This document shows, piece after piece, positions 48,015 to 57,325 of a DNA stretch of 64,000 bases (position 1 is the first letter of the stretch; every line of letters starts with the position of its first letter). A program made the translations under genes and the position numbers. The stretch is from IMG/VR virus record IMGVR_UViG_3300008954_003475, positions 157,879-221,878 of that record; one strand, given 5' to 3'. The notes under the pieces are model-generated. The model made no database searches. It was not told the DNA's origin and saw only the letters and a list, made by a program, of their open reading frames with translations.

Positions 48015-49083
48015 TCGTCTCTTCGGCTTTAACCTCATTAACAGGACAAACAGCCTCAACCAAGGTTGTTACAACGCGATAGGGGTCAGCATTACTGTTG
48101 GGCCTTCTATCCTCAAAGTAACCACGACCCTGTCTGTCAACTAACCACGGAATCCTAATGGACGCACCACGATCTGAAACTCCATATCTAAACTCTGATA
48201 TGTCACAAGTCTCATGCTTTCCAGTAAGCCTTCTGTCCAAGCCTTCTCCGTAAGTTGCCTTTGCTCTATCTACATTAGCAGTTTCAGACAAAGTTTCGCA
48301 GGCTGCAACGATATGTTCTACACCACCCTCTGCTCTCATTTGTAAAGTGCTAAAGTTTGTATGTAACCCGCTTCCGTTCCAGTCACCACTTACCGGCTTT
48401 GGATCCAACGTAACCTCTACTCTCTGAGATTCTGCAACTCTATGCAGCAGAAATCTTGTTAGCCATAAATGATCACATGCAGCAACAGCATTTACATTTG
48501 GACCACCAACCTGATACTCCCACTGGCCCAAAGCTACTTCTGCATTTATACCAACAATTGATAATCCAGAGTTAATACATGAACTCAAATGAACTTCCGC
48601 AACGTCTCTGCCAGCAACTTTACCCTCTCCAACTGCACAATAATAAGGACCCTGTGCTTCTGGATCAGTTGTTCCAGCAGGCCAGCCCAAAGGTCTGCCC
48701 TCTCTCCATAAGAAATACTCTTGCTCAAAGCCAACCGCTGGCAGGCTATCTCCATGCTTCAACATAGCATCAATTAGTCTAGCTCTATAATTAGACTCAT
48801 GAGGAGTTAAATCTGTATTTAACACATCACATAAAATCAAAACACCACTTGGTCGATTAGAGTCTACGCAAGCAAAGACTGGCCTTAAAACACAGTCTGA
48901 ATTTACAGTTGTTGCCTGACCTGTACTTGAACCATCAAAACCCCATACTGGAAAGTCTGACAAGTTTAGCTGCCAATTTTCATCTTCTGAATTTACAGTT
49001 ATAACCCTGGTCTTTGACCTAAGCTGTGGAGTTTCGCCACCATCTAACCATATATATTCGCATCGTAATGTTGCTGTTCCCAT
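48001..49083 (-). CDS. glnII: Glutamine synthetase type II
   Basis: EYIWLDG, WGFDGSSTGQA, GFEQEY, INAEVALGQWEYQVG, DWNGSGLHTNFST, RLTGKHET, RGASIRIP, YFEDRRP. Confidence 0.95.
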   Translation of the reverse strand: MGTATLRCEYIWLDGGETPQLRSKTRVITVNSEDENWQLNLSDFPVWGFDGSSTGQATTVNSDCVLRPVFACVDSNRPSGVLILCDVLNTDLTPHESNYRARLIDAMLKHGDSLPAVGFEQEYFLWREGRPLGWPAGTTDPEAQGPYYCAVGEGKVAGRDVAEVHLSSCINSGLSIVGINAEVALGQWEYQVGGPNVNAVAACDHLWLTRFLLHRVAESQRVEVTLDPKPVSGDWNGSGLHTNFSTLQMRAEGGVEHIVAACETLSETANVDRAKATYGEGLDRRLTGKHETCDISEFRYGVSDRGASIRIPWLVDRQGRGYFEDRRPNSNADPYRVVTTLVEAVCPVNEVKAEETNEGG

Positions 49084-49134
49084 TTAATTTCTCCTTCTGT
49101 AAATGTAGAAATATTATTTATACTATAATACTCT

Positions 49135-50025
49135 TCAACTTATATTTTCGAAGGTATTAAAATACCTTTCTAAGTATTTTTCTTCAAGCATAGAATTGAA
49201 TTCCATATCAAAAAACAAGTTTTTAATCGCATCGCAATTTAATCTCGCCTTTGTAAACTCTATTTGCTCTTCATCCTCTTCTAAGTTCATAAGCTTTATT
49301 AACTCATAACTTTTGTCAAAAGCCCTTTTAAAGATTGGGTCTTCAAGTCTTTTACTCAACTCCCCATCAGTAGTCAATATTTTTGTTGCAGTCTTTTTGC
49401 CAATCCCATAAACCCCAGGAATATTGTCAGACTTATCTCCAACCATAGCCTTCCATGCAACATAATCATAATCCGTATTTTCCCTGTATACTTTAGAAAC
49501 AGGGTTGTACAATTTTACGTTATCTGGATAACCATTTAAAATCTGAATAAAATCTGTATCGCTTGAGATTATCACGACTTCATCATCATGATGATACTCT
49601 TCTATCAAAAAGAGAACAAGATCATCACATTCATGGTCGGGATGATAAACTGTTGTGAGAGGATGATGATCCTTTAGCGATTCAATAATTATTCGCTTCT
49701 GCCTTCTAAAAGATTCCCAATAAGCAATCTCGTCTGGATCATCTGTCTCGACCCTCCTATTGCCCTTATAATCTTCAAACATATCTAAACGCTTAGTCGG
49801 CCTACCGTCCAGCGGAAAGTAAACCAAATCAGGAGAAAACTCTTCTATTGTAGACCTAAGCGTTCTAAAAAAGTTATATATAATCTGATATTCACCATCT
49901 GCATTGCCACCTCCCCATTGGAAGCGGCACCTGTGAATCATATTATAGCCATCAATAATCAATACTTTTCGACTATCTTCTTTATCGAAGCAAGCTAATG
50001 TCAACGGAACTCTCCTTAGCGTCAT
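49135..50025 (-). CDS. 5'-3' exonuclease / flap endonuclease (PolA N-terminal or T4 RNase H-like)
   Basis: IIDGYN, YKGNR, ECDDL, SSDTDFIQ, GDKSDNIPGVYGIGKKTA. Confidence 0.9.
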   Translation of the reverse strand: MTLRRVPLTLACFDKEDSRKVLIIDGYNMIHRCRFQWGGGNADGEYQIIYNFFRTLRSTIEEFSPDLVYFPLDGRPTKRLDMFEDYKGNRRVETDDPDEIAYWESFRRQKRIIIESLKDHHPLTTVYHPDHECDDLVLFLIEEYHHDDEVVIISSDTDFIQILNGYPDNVKLYNPVSKVYRENTDYDYVAWKAMVGDKSDNIPGVYGIGKKTATKILTTDGELSKRLEDPIFKRAFDKSYELIKLMNLEEDEEQIEFTKARLNCDAIKNLFFDMEFNSMLEEKYLERYFNTFENIS

Positions 50026-50659
50026 TAATTGTCTTCTTTGTACCATGCACTTCAAACATTACAACAATATCCTTGGTCTTATCTGTAACCTTACATAACG
50101 TGCAATCATTACATGTAATATCCTTCTTCCCAGGCACATCATGACGAGCAGGACACAAGACACCTTTTTGTCCAAGAACGTCGATACTCTTAGGAATATC
50201 CTCACCATGAATAGCTACGGTGGTTGACCAACCCATAGCCTTAGCCTTCTCTATATCTTCAAGAGAATTGCATGACGCTCTGAACCACCCCTTTAACGGC
50301 TGCGCAGATTCGGATTCCCAATCATGTGTATAGCCAATATTGATCAACCCTTCTCGCTCAACAAGGTGACACTCATCAATGGTGCCTTCTACGTCACCAA
50401 CTATATCGCCAGCAACTCTGTGTCTGACAACCTTACAGTTCTTATCCCTGGAAGCCAAAGCTTCCTTTAAAGTTTTAATTTTAATTCTTCCATCCTCAAT
50501 CTTTTTACCCAAGATTCTAAGATAGAACAACCCCCAAGCATAACACCCTCCTGTCTTGAATGAACAAGAATCAGGACACGTATCCAACGGAGAATATGAT
50601 GCAACAATCTTTCCAATCTTTGAATCAGAAGATTTAGATACCCAATGTACTAAACGCAT
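49982..50659 (-). CDS. Gp88-like Cys-rich phage protein
   Basis: TCPDSC..GGCY, RHRVAGD, YTHDW, RASC, CPA..CNDCTLC, FEVHG. Confidence 0.65.
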   Translation of the reverse strand: MRLVHWVSKSSDSKIGKIVASYSPLDTCPDSCSFKTGGCYAWGLFYLRILGKKIEDGRIKIKTLKEALASRDKNCKVVRHRVAGDIVGDVEGTIDECHLVEREGLINIGYTHDWESESAQPLKGWFRASCNSLEDIEKAKAMGWSTTVAIHGEDIPKSIDVLGQKGVLCPARHDVPGKKDITCNDCTLCKVTDKTKDIVVMFEVHGTKKTINDAKESSVDISLLR

Positions 50660-50728
50660 AATTTACTATATACCTTTGTTTGCTCTTTGTTAAGAAAATA
50701 TACCGGTGCGTTGAAAAAAAACAAGTCT

Positions 50729-50773
50729 AAAAATAAAAAAAGTAGCCGTAGGCTTTTTGTGCCTACGGCTACT
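50729..50773 (-). terminator. Rho-independent terminator
   Basis: AGTAGCCGTAGGC-7 nt-GCCTACGGCTACT perfect 13-bp stem followed by a T-run on the minus strand. Confidence 0.88.
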
Positions 50774-50792
50774 CTCTAAAGACTTCTAGCTT

Positions 50793-50996
50793 TTACTCAC
50801 CAAGATATTGGTTAAGGAAATTGCGCAAAGCCTGTGCTTCACGAATAGTGATGCTTACAGACTGATCCTGAATGCGCCAATCATCAGACAACACTGTTAC
50901 TTCAAGTCGGTTGCTACCTGCTTGCTTGCGGGAATCACCATTTCGAAGATTCATTCTAACACTCTTTGTTCTATGCGAACGATTAATAAACGACAT
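50793..50996 (-). CDS. Small hypothetical protein
   Basis: 67-aa ORF with AGGAGG RBS, followed by a terminator. Confidence 0.65.
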   Translation of the reverse strand: MSFINRSHRTKSVRMNLRNGDSRKQAGSNRLEVTVLSDDWRIQDQSVSITIREAQALRNFLNQYLGE

Positions 50997-50999
50997 TTT

Positions 51000-51152
51000 T
51001 TAGTCCTCCTTGTTAAAGATCATAATTCGATCTGACTTTGTGGTCGTACTTGTCTTTCGACTTTTATTATTTACAGGTTTAGATTCTGTATCCACTACGG
51101 TATCATTAGAATCAAGACGCACCTCTGCATCACGCTTATCGCCTTTGCTCAT
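51000..51152 (-). CDS. Small hypothetical protein (50 aa; not in ORF track)
   Basis: MSKGDKRDAEVRLDS... with GGAG RBS; fills the gap between neighbours. Confidence 0.5.
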   Translation of the reverse strand: MSKGDKRDAEVRLDSNDTVVDTESKPVNNKSRKTSTTTKSDRIMIFNKED

Positions 51153-51173
51153 ACACACTCCTTTCAGTGTTTG

Positions 51174-51485
51174 TTAATTCTCTTCATCAAGAAGAGAGGG
51201 ATCAAGACCCCAAGATCTATTGAGGCCGATTAAATAAAATGGTTTATTTCGAGGTTTAAAAACAGTAGGCATTATATGAGACGAGTCAGAGATCATGCCT
51301 AAAATATCTTCAATTGATTCATTAATCTCTTCCGCCTCTTCTTCGCCTAAAAAGTTTAATGAGCTAAACAATAAGTTTGCAGACAATAAGGCTCCGTCTT
51401 CCGGAGAAACTTGATTCTCTTCAAGCACTTCCAGTAAAGAGTTGAAGATTTCTTCAAGACGTTCTTTGCTATCAGAATTCATCAT
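51174..51485 (-). CDS. Acidic hypothetical protein
   Basis: 103-aa ORF; ATGA overlap with the upstream gene. Confidence 0.6.
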   Translation of the reverse strand: MMNSDSKERLEEIFNSLLEVLEENQVSPEDGALLSANLLFSSLNFLGEEEAEEINESIEDILGMISDSSHIMPTVFKPRNKPFYLIGLNRSWGLDPSLLDEEN

Positions 51486-51769
51486 CCTTCACCTAAAAAG
51501 TCTGGCTTATATTCTTCTAAAGAAACAATGTATTCGATAGTTGTGCGATTTTCATCAGCATCAGCTGTCTTATAAATGATGTTGCAAGTTTCTAAATCTA
51601 TATCCAAAACAACTCCGCGAGTTGCTTTTTCATCATTAGAAAATTTAACCCTAATAGAATCCCCTTTGCTAAAGTCTTTGATGTAAAAACACCTGTATTG
51701 GTCAAACGGCTTACCCATTAATTCTTTATCCATAATCTTATCTAGTCCAACATTCTTCATTTTAACCAT
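51482..51769 (-). CDS. Hypothetical protein (SH3-like beta fold possible)
   Basis: KGDSIRVKF..TRGVVLDID pattern. Confidence 0.6.
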   Translation of the reverse strand: MVKMKNVGLDKIMDKELMGKPFDQYRCFYIKDFSKGDSIRVKFSNDEKATRGVVLDIDLETCNIIYKTADADENRTTIEYIVSLEEYKPDFLGEG

Positions 51770-51840
51770 CCTGCTATCTCGATAGCAACATTACATTGTA
51801 TAATATATAATTAGCAACTATATAATAGTACTTAAAAAGA

Positions 51841-52029
51841 CTATTCAATACGAGAAGGGTCTTGATATATATCATGCATTCCTGCAATAATAGCTACCAT
51901 TGTCCAATCATATTTGTTTAAAATAAAACTCCAAGCGTCTTTTGCTCCATGAGGAGCATCAACGACCTTTGACAAAAGGTTATTATCAGAATCTTTATAC
52001 AATACTGTCCATGTCATTCTAACATCCAT
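51841..52029 (-). CDS. Small hypothetical protein
   Basis: 62-aa ORF, IVAIIAG.H-type phage motif. Confidence 0.55.
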   Translation of the reverse strand: MDVRMTWTVLYKDSDNNLLSKVVDAPHGAKDAWSFILNKYDWTMVAIIAGMHDIYQDPSRIE

Positions 52030-52052
52030 AAGTTTATATCACTCTTTGTAAA

Positions 52053-52138
52053 TGGTAGGGACGGTGGGACTCGAACCCACAAGGTCTTTGACCGACAGAT
52101 TTTAAGTCTGTTGCGTATACCAATTCCGCCACATCCCC
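52053..52138 (-). tRNA. tRNA-Leu(UAA), type II with encoded CCA
   Basis: GGGGATGTGGCGGAATTGGTATACGC-ACAGA-CTTAAAA-TCTGT-variable arm-GTGGGTTCGAGTCCCAC-CGTCCCTACCA. Confidence 0.95.
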
Positions 52139-52152
52139 ATTATAGTCACTTG

Positions 52153-52794
52153 TTAGATAACGTCTACAGTTTTATCATACTGCTCTAACACTTTCTTTTT
52201 TACAACCTTATGAAGACCAGGGTTTACCATTAAAGCATTAGGAAGCAAAACATGACGAATATAATTCCGCATGTATGCTATATCCTCATTGCTTGGGTCA
52301 GTAAGGAACGGAACCCCTCTTCTCTTACACCACTCTGTAAGATCATCCTTTCTTGTGGAAAGAAATGGACGAATAAAATTGTCTCGCTTATACGGAATAA
52401 GTCTTGAGTTTCCATGAAGAGAGGTGAAGATCCATGTTTCAACAGCATCATCAAGGTGGTGACAAGTGATGATTGGAATTGGAGAAATACAATGCTGATG
52501 GTGCCAGCTTGCGAACCACCCATAGCGTTCTGACCGCCAGTAAGCCTCTCTGGACTCCCCTGGCTCAATCTCTCTTAGAACGCCGCCTGTGACGAGAGGA
52601 ACGCCTCTATCGTCGCAGTATTTACGAACGAACTGCTCTGCAACTTGAGCATGATCTGTTCCGTGGTTAAAATGCAGAGCAGTTATTTCTCTTTTCGTAT
52701 TATTAGAAAGGAAGTCGATAGCCGCCATACTGTCCGGCCCGCCAGATATAGCAATAGCGATTTTATTTGGAATGTTACCAAGCAGTTTAATCAT
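52153..52794 (-). CDS. tilS: tRNA(Ile)-lysidine synthase TilS (catalytic domain only)
   Basis: AISGGPDS PP-loop, HFNHG, HHLDDAVET, IRPFL, DPSN..RNYIRH. Confidence 0.9.
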   Translation of the reverse strand: MIKLLGNIPNKIAIAISGGPDSMAAIDFLSNNTKREITALHFNHGTDHAQVAEQFVRKYCDDRGVPLVTGGVLREIEPGESREAYWRSERYGWFASWHHQHCISPIPIITCHHLDDAVETWIFTSLHGNSRLIPYKRDNFIRPFLSTRKDDLTEWCKRRGVPFLTDPSNEDIAYMRNYIRHVLLPNALMVNPGLHKVVKKKVLEQYDKTVDVI

Positions 52795-52891
52795 AACAAA
52801 TTCTCGCACTAAGGCTTACTGTTGAATAGCCGATGCCAAAATGGTATTTAGAATTATGGAATATTTTATTAAAGGTAAATCTTATATCTTT

Positions 52892-53179
52892 TTAGTGCAT
52901 AACCCCACCGTCGTCACCTCCAGAGTAAGAAGATACGACCATAGCTGATATAATCTTTTCAATAGCTTCGAGTCTTTTTGACTCGACTTCTGTTCTTACT
53001 TGCAAGAACAGATATTGTCTTTGTAATAGCTCAAATTCTTTTGTGTTTAGCCCAAAGGCCCGCTCTGTTGAATTTTTATTGATTTTAAACAATAAATAAC
53101 TCAATATAGTTAGATTGAAAAAAGAGGTTAGAAAAAAAATAGTAGGCAATAATATCGTAAGATATGTTGAGTTATCCAT
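52892..53179 (-). CDS. Hypothetical membrane protein
   Basis: N-terminal TM helix followed by a coiled segment. Confidence 0.6.
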   Translation of the reverse strand: MDNSTYLTILLPTIFFLTSFFNLTILSYLLFKINKNSTERAFGLNTKEFELLQRQYLFLQVRTEVESKRLEAIEKIISAMVVSSYSGGDDGGVMH

Positions 53180-53181
53180 AT

Positions 53182-53502
53182 TTAGTCCAAATATTCTGAT
53201 ATAGCTTCTTTTATAAGATCTAAATCTTCAACGTCAAGAGCTTCAATTAAAATGTCAGATATTCCTGCTTTAAATTCTTCATTTTTTGAATTTACAAGAA
53301 TACTTTTCAAATCCTCTAGAGAAGAATACTTAGCATTAGGTATTGATTCGTCTTCATTAAAGTATACTTCATCACAAGAAGGTTCACTAAGATCGCCCCC
53401 TACGCTATACAGTTTATGAATTAAAGAATCAATTTCTAAAGATTCTTTAATCAACTCCATTTCAAACAATTCTTTAGATAATTTTATCAGGTCTTCTAAC
53501 AA
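53182..53502 (-). CDS. Small acidic protein with divergent tag-family N-terminus
   Basis: LEDLIKLSKELFEMELIKESLEIDSLI; TTG start with GGAG RBS. Confidence 0.6.
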   Translation of the reverse strand: MLEDLIKLSKELFEMELIKESLEIDSLIHKLYSVGGDLSEPSCDEVYFNEDESIPNAKYSSLEDLKSILVNSKNEEFKAGISDILIEALDVEDLDLIKEAISEYLD

Positions 53503-53587
53503 TGTTTTCTCCGTTTCTATTACTTAGGCAACATGTCTTTGTAAACCGTTGCTTCAATTTAGCTTAATTGAATAATAGAAGCAGTTT

Positions 53588-53842
53588 ATGTGTAAGTTTA
53601 AGAGAGTTATGTTAGTAAAAACCATATTAAAAATTTCTATAATTTTCATATCTTTATTTATAATAACAAATAAATATATTGTGGACACAGAAGAGCTTGT
53701 CGAAAAGTCTGTCGAAAGCTCATATGTTCAACGAGAACACGTCCCAAATGAGGTAAGAAAAGTTGAAACTTTGCCATACATAGAGTCGATAGGAAAGGTT
53801 CCTTTAACACGTCCTGTTTTCAAAACAAATATAAAAATGTGA
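53588..53842 (+). CDS. Possible small membrane-anchored protein
   Basis: Plus-strand ORF filling a 340-bp gap; N-terminal hydrophobic helix. Confidence 0.4.
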   Translation: MCKFKRVMLVKTILKISIIFISLFIITNKYIVDTEELVEKSVESSYVQREHVPNEVRKVETLPYIESIGKVPLTRPVFKTNIKM

Positions 53843-53845
53843 ACA

Positions 53846-54169
53846 TTAATTTTCAATCAAAGAAGTTTGTCTTTCAAATGCTGCATAAGCATCACAATGT
53901 ATCTTATCTACAAACTCTAGAAATAAATCCGAAGTAGGAAACACTATCGTAGATACAATAGCGCCACCCGTTGGCTTTGCTATGCAGAATGTTAAGACCG
54001 GGAAGGGTGCTGGTTCAAAGTTATTTCTTCCAACGGTTGATACAAACCCTTGCATCTCTTCTTCGTCAGAGCCGAATGGAATCGTTAACAATATTCTTCC
54101 ACCAAGATTCTGTTGCTCTTCCCATATTGATTGGGGCGTTTCTTCATTAAGCTTTGAAGCAAATGTCAT
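53846..54169 (-). CDS. Hypothetical protein
   Basis: 107-aa ORF with AGGAG RBS. Confidence 0.6.
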   Translation of the reverse strand: MTFASKLNEETPQSIWEEQQNLGGRILLTIPFGSDEEEMQGFVSTVGRNNFEPAPFPVLTFCIAKPTGGAIVSTIVFPTSDLFLEFVDKIHCDAYAAFERQTSLIEN

Positions 54170-54170
54170 T

Positions 54171-54464
54171 TTATTCTCCTATTTTTATTTTATCAATTAA
54201 AAACAAAATGGGATAAGCTGAAACTTCAGATAACTCAACTATTTCCCAATTAGCTATATCATTGATTACTTCTTCATATTCTGATTTTTTAAAACTTCTA
54301 TATCTATGATAAAAGCTAAGACCCTGATTGACAGCCCTAATGGCATCACCTCTTCGGGGCCAAGTCTTTCCAATCTTTGTCCACTTCTTTTTTGATACAG
54401 ATGATAAATATAATTTCGTTTTTAAATGTCTTATTTTATATCCAAGAATCTTTTCTTTTTCCAT
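54171..54464 (-). CDS. Basic hypothetical protein
   Basis: YKIRHLKTKLY..WTKIGKTW phage-type motif. Confidence 0.6.
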   Translation of the reverse strand: MEKEKILGYKIRHLKTKLYLSSVSKKKWTKIGKTWPRRGDAIRAVNQGLSFYHRYRSFKKSEYEEVINDIANWEIVELSEVSAYPILFLIDKIKIGE

Positions 54465-54505
54465 AGCAATCCCTATAGAGATTGTACCTATAAAGAAAAC
54501 TATGT

Positions 54506-54760
54506 TTACTTATTTTCTTCTGTAATTACATTTCCTATAACACCGGAAAATTCTTTATTATTTAATTTAGATGTATTATTTTTTAAAGATTCTTTTATAA
54601 ATTTTGAAAATCTTTTATGAGAAAATCTTTTAAGACCTTCATGTTTTTTGAACCATTCTATAAAATCTTCGTCAAGATCAAAATGAAGAGTGCTGGTGCC
54701 ATTATCATTTTCGATAATTTTTGAAATTTTAAGTCTGGCTATATGTTCTTGGTTAGACAT
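54506..54760 (-). CDS. Hypothetical protein
   Basis: 84-aa ORF. Confidence 0.55.
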   Translation of the reverse strand: MSNQEHIARLKISKIIENDNGTSTLHFDLDEDFIEWFKKHEGLKRFSHKRFSKFIKESLKNNTSKLNNKEFSGVIGNVITEENK

Positions 54761-55314
54761 GTATCTCTTTCCTCTGTAAAAATTTCATATAATGATCTTG
54801 ACTCTTTCGTTAAAGATGCAAGTCCCAATTTCTTTTCCCATTTATCTATTACCGCAACACCTTCTTTTACAGAAGAGTAGTCAACCGCTTCTAGTTCAAC
54901 AACGTCTCTTCCGTCCGAAAGAGTATAGTAAGAAACGTCACAATCTTCAAAGTTCCAAATCCAAGCCTCTTTGTAAACTTGAAAAGATCTTTCATAACTG
55001 CTAAGTGTTAAAAATTCTACTATTGCAGAATCTTCGTTATCAGTAACATTTAAATTGATTTCTTTTCTAACAACATTTTCTCGCTCTTTGCGCTTTAATG
55101 TTAGCTCATATCGACCGCCGCCTTTTCTAAAGCGAACAAAGTCATTACCATTACCATTAGGCTTAGTGTAATAGTCATCACACGACACTACATATATTAC
55201 CTCTGGCATCTCTATGTCTTTAGCCTTTGCAACGACAACTTCTATTCTTTTTAAGAATTCTTCCTTGGACAATTCATGTGCCCAATATTTATATTCTATT
55301 TCTTTGTAATCCAT
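54739..55314 (-). CDS. CYTH-domain protein (class IV adenylate cyclase / triphosphatase fold)
   Basis: ExE.K motif KEIEYK, DDYY, VRFR, ELTLK, RKEIN, VELE. Confidence 0.82.
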   Translation of the reverse strand: MDYKEIEYKYWAHELSKEEFLKRIEVVVAKAKDIEMPEVIYVVSCDDYYTKPNGNGNDFVRFRKGGGRYELTLKRKERENVVRKEINLNVTDNEDSAIVEFLTLSSYERSFQVYKEAWIWNFEDCDVSYYTLSDGRDVVELEAVDYSSVKEGVAVIDKWEKKLGLASLTKESRSLYEIFTEERDTCLTKNI

Positions 55315-55322
55315 ACAAACTC

Positions 55323-55676
55323 CTAATATTGCTTATAAATAGCCAAGCCATTTTCTACAATATAATCATTTATACAAACCATATTTCCAGACATATCTAA
55401 CCATATATTTGCAAGATATCTTCCATACTTGCCCTTGCCATCTTTTATGGTTTGTATAACAACTTTTTGATTTAATACTAAAGATCTTAAAAAATCTCTA
55501 GATTCTCTTCCCTGTTCTAAGGTTTCTCCTCTTAACTCTGGAGCGTTAATTCCATAAAGTCTAATCTTTACTTTTTCTTTTTTAATAAAAAGCCCAAGAT
55601 CAACTGTGGCAGTCACGGTATCTCCATCATATACGGAGGTTATAAATGCTTTATAGTGGTAAAGGCTTTCTATCAT
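55323..55676 (-). CDS. Thermonuclease (SNase-like) protein
   Basis: VYDGDTV, IRLYGINAPE, GKYGRYLA. Confidence 0.88.
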   Translation of the reverse strand: MIESLYHYKAFITSVYDGDTVTATVDLGLFIKKEKVKIRLYGINAPELRGETLEQGRESRDFLRSLVLNQKVVIQTIKDGKGKYGRYLANIWLDMSGNMVCINDYIVENGLAIYKQY

Positions 55677-57325
55677 TCTTTGTAATCTCCAAGTTCTCTA
55701 GCTGACGGGTCAATAACGTCTGTCCATTTTGGCATCCAAAAATGAGGAATTAAGTTATCGTGCTTACCGTCCTTGAATAAACTATTGAAAATCTTTCGAT
55801 AATAATAGCTTTCTTTTAGCAATGGTTTGCAATGTATTATTGCCCTTGAAGCTTCTTCAAATTCTTTATCAGTAACCATTGTATCAATATATTCCTTAAG
55901 AGACTTATGCCAAGAACTTTTTATACTGCTAACCCCATCTGAGAAAGCACATTTGTGTCGCCACAAAACATCTATAGGCAAAAGATCATCTTTTTCAAAA
56001 GCTTTTCTCAATAAATGTTTTTCAATCCTGTTGATCTTATCAAAGGTTTTCTGCTCTGGAGGAATACTCATATAAAAGTCAACAAAACCTTTGTCCAAGA
56101 ATGGAGTTCTTGCTTCTAATCCATTAGAGCTTATACTCCTATCTGATCTTAATCCATCAAACAGATATATCTCTCGGAGCAGCCTGGATGATTCGTTGTG
56201 AATGTCCGCAGGTGTTGGGGCATTTAAGTTGTAAACATAGCCACAGCAAGCCTCATCGCTTCCATCTCCATTGAAGATCACTTTACAGTCTGTATTCTCC
56301 TTAACAAACTTTGACACAAGATAGTTTCCAACACTAGCTCTGACCGTTGTTGTGTCAAATGATTCAATCTTATATATAACTTCCTCTATTGCGCTCAAAA
56401 ATTCTAGCTCTGATAGCTCAACCTCATTATGGTCACTGTCGATATGGTTGGCAACTTTTTTTGCATATTCCAAATCAGGGCTTCCATTCATGCCTATACT
56501 AAAAGTTTTAACTGGAGACTTATCCTCAAGGTCTGGAAACATTTTCCACTCATCATCAATAAGCCTGTATCCCTTTTTCATATGACAAACTAAAGACGCT
56601 ATAAGACTTGAATCAAGGCCTCCCGATAACAAGCATCCAATCTCCCTATCTGACATCAATCTTTTCTCTACAGCTTTTACCAGGCTTCTCTTTATGCCTT
56701 TTAGAATTTCATCTTCCGAAAGATTATTATCTATATTATATTCACAACAATAATGTGAAGTAAATGATTCTGGATCTTCTGAACTCCACCATGTTCCTGG
56801 AGGCATGGGTATTATTGTGTGACAAAGATCGACCAAAGCCTTTGCTTCTGATGCAAAAAAGATCTCTCCGTTAATATCTGTTTGTCCAAAAAATGCTGGC
56901 CGGACCCCAAATGGATCTCTTGCGGCATAAAGTATATCTGTATTTCCATCGTATAAGGTGAAGGCAAAGACTCCATCTAACATGGGTAGAGTTTTTTCTA
57001 TTCCAAACTTTTTATAAAGATGCAATATAATTTCACAATCAGAGTTAGAGTATGTATCAAAGCCAAAGCGTGACCTTAACTCTTTATGGTTATAGATTTC
57101 TCCATTACAAACAATAGATATCTTTGAATCCTCTGGCAAAAACAAAGGCTGATCTCCAAGGTCAGATGTATCAATAATTGAAAGCCTATGAAAGAAAAAG
57201 ATAACATCAGAAGCTACTTGGGCATGCTTTGAGTTATCCGGACCTCTATAGTTTATTCTATCAGAATGTTCGACCAGATCTGCTGTCGAAAGTGTATTCC
57301 CAAGGTATGATAAAAAACCGCACAT
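55673..57325 (-). CDS. asnB: Asparagine synthase B (glutamine-hydrolysing)
   Basis: N-terminal MCG, RGPD, HRLSI, CNGEIYNH, ARDPFGVRP, LLSGGLDSSL, TTVRAS, EARTPFLD. Confidence 0.95.
   Translation of the reverse strand: MCGFLSYLGNTLSTADLVEHSDRINYRGPDNSKHAQVASDVIFFFHRLSIIDTSDLGDQPLFLPEDSKISIVCNGEIYNHKELRSRFGFDTYSNSDCEIILHLYKKFGIEKTLPMLDGVFAFTLYDGNTDILYAARDPFGVRPAFFGQTDINGEIFFASEAKALVDLCHTIIPMPPGTWWSSEDPESFTSHYCCEYNIDNNLSEDEILKGIKRSLVKAVEKRLMSDREIGCLLSGGLDSSLIASLVCHMKKGYRLIDDEWKMFPDLEDKSPVKTFSIGMNGSPDLEYAKKVANHIDSDHNEVELSELEFLSAIEEVIYKIESFDTTTVRASVGNYLVSKFVKENTDCKVIFNGDGSDEACCGYVYNLNAPTPADIHNESSRLLREIYLFDGLRSDRSISSNGLEARTPFLDKGFVDFYMSIPPEQKTFDKINRIEKHLLRKAFEKDDLLPIDVLWRHKCAFSDGVSSIKSSWHKSLKEYIDTMVTDKEFEEASRAIIHCKPLLKESYYYRKIFNSLFKDGKHDNLIPHFWMPKWTDVIDPSARELGDYKE

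Noticed and set aside
51772-51787. TGCTATC-N2-GATAGCA inverted repeat over an RBS as an operator
   Set aside because: Single occurrence with no second copy found; not distinguishable from chance
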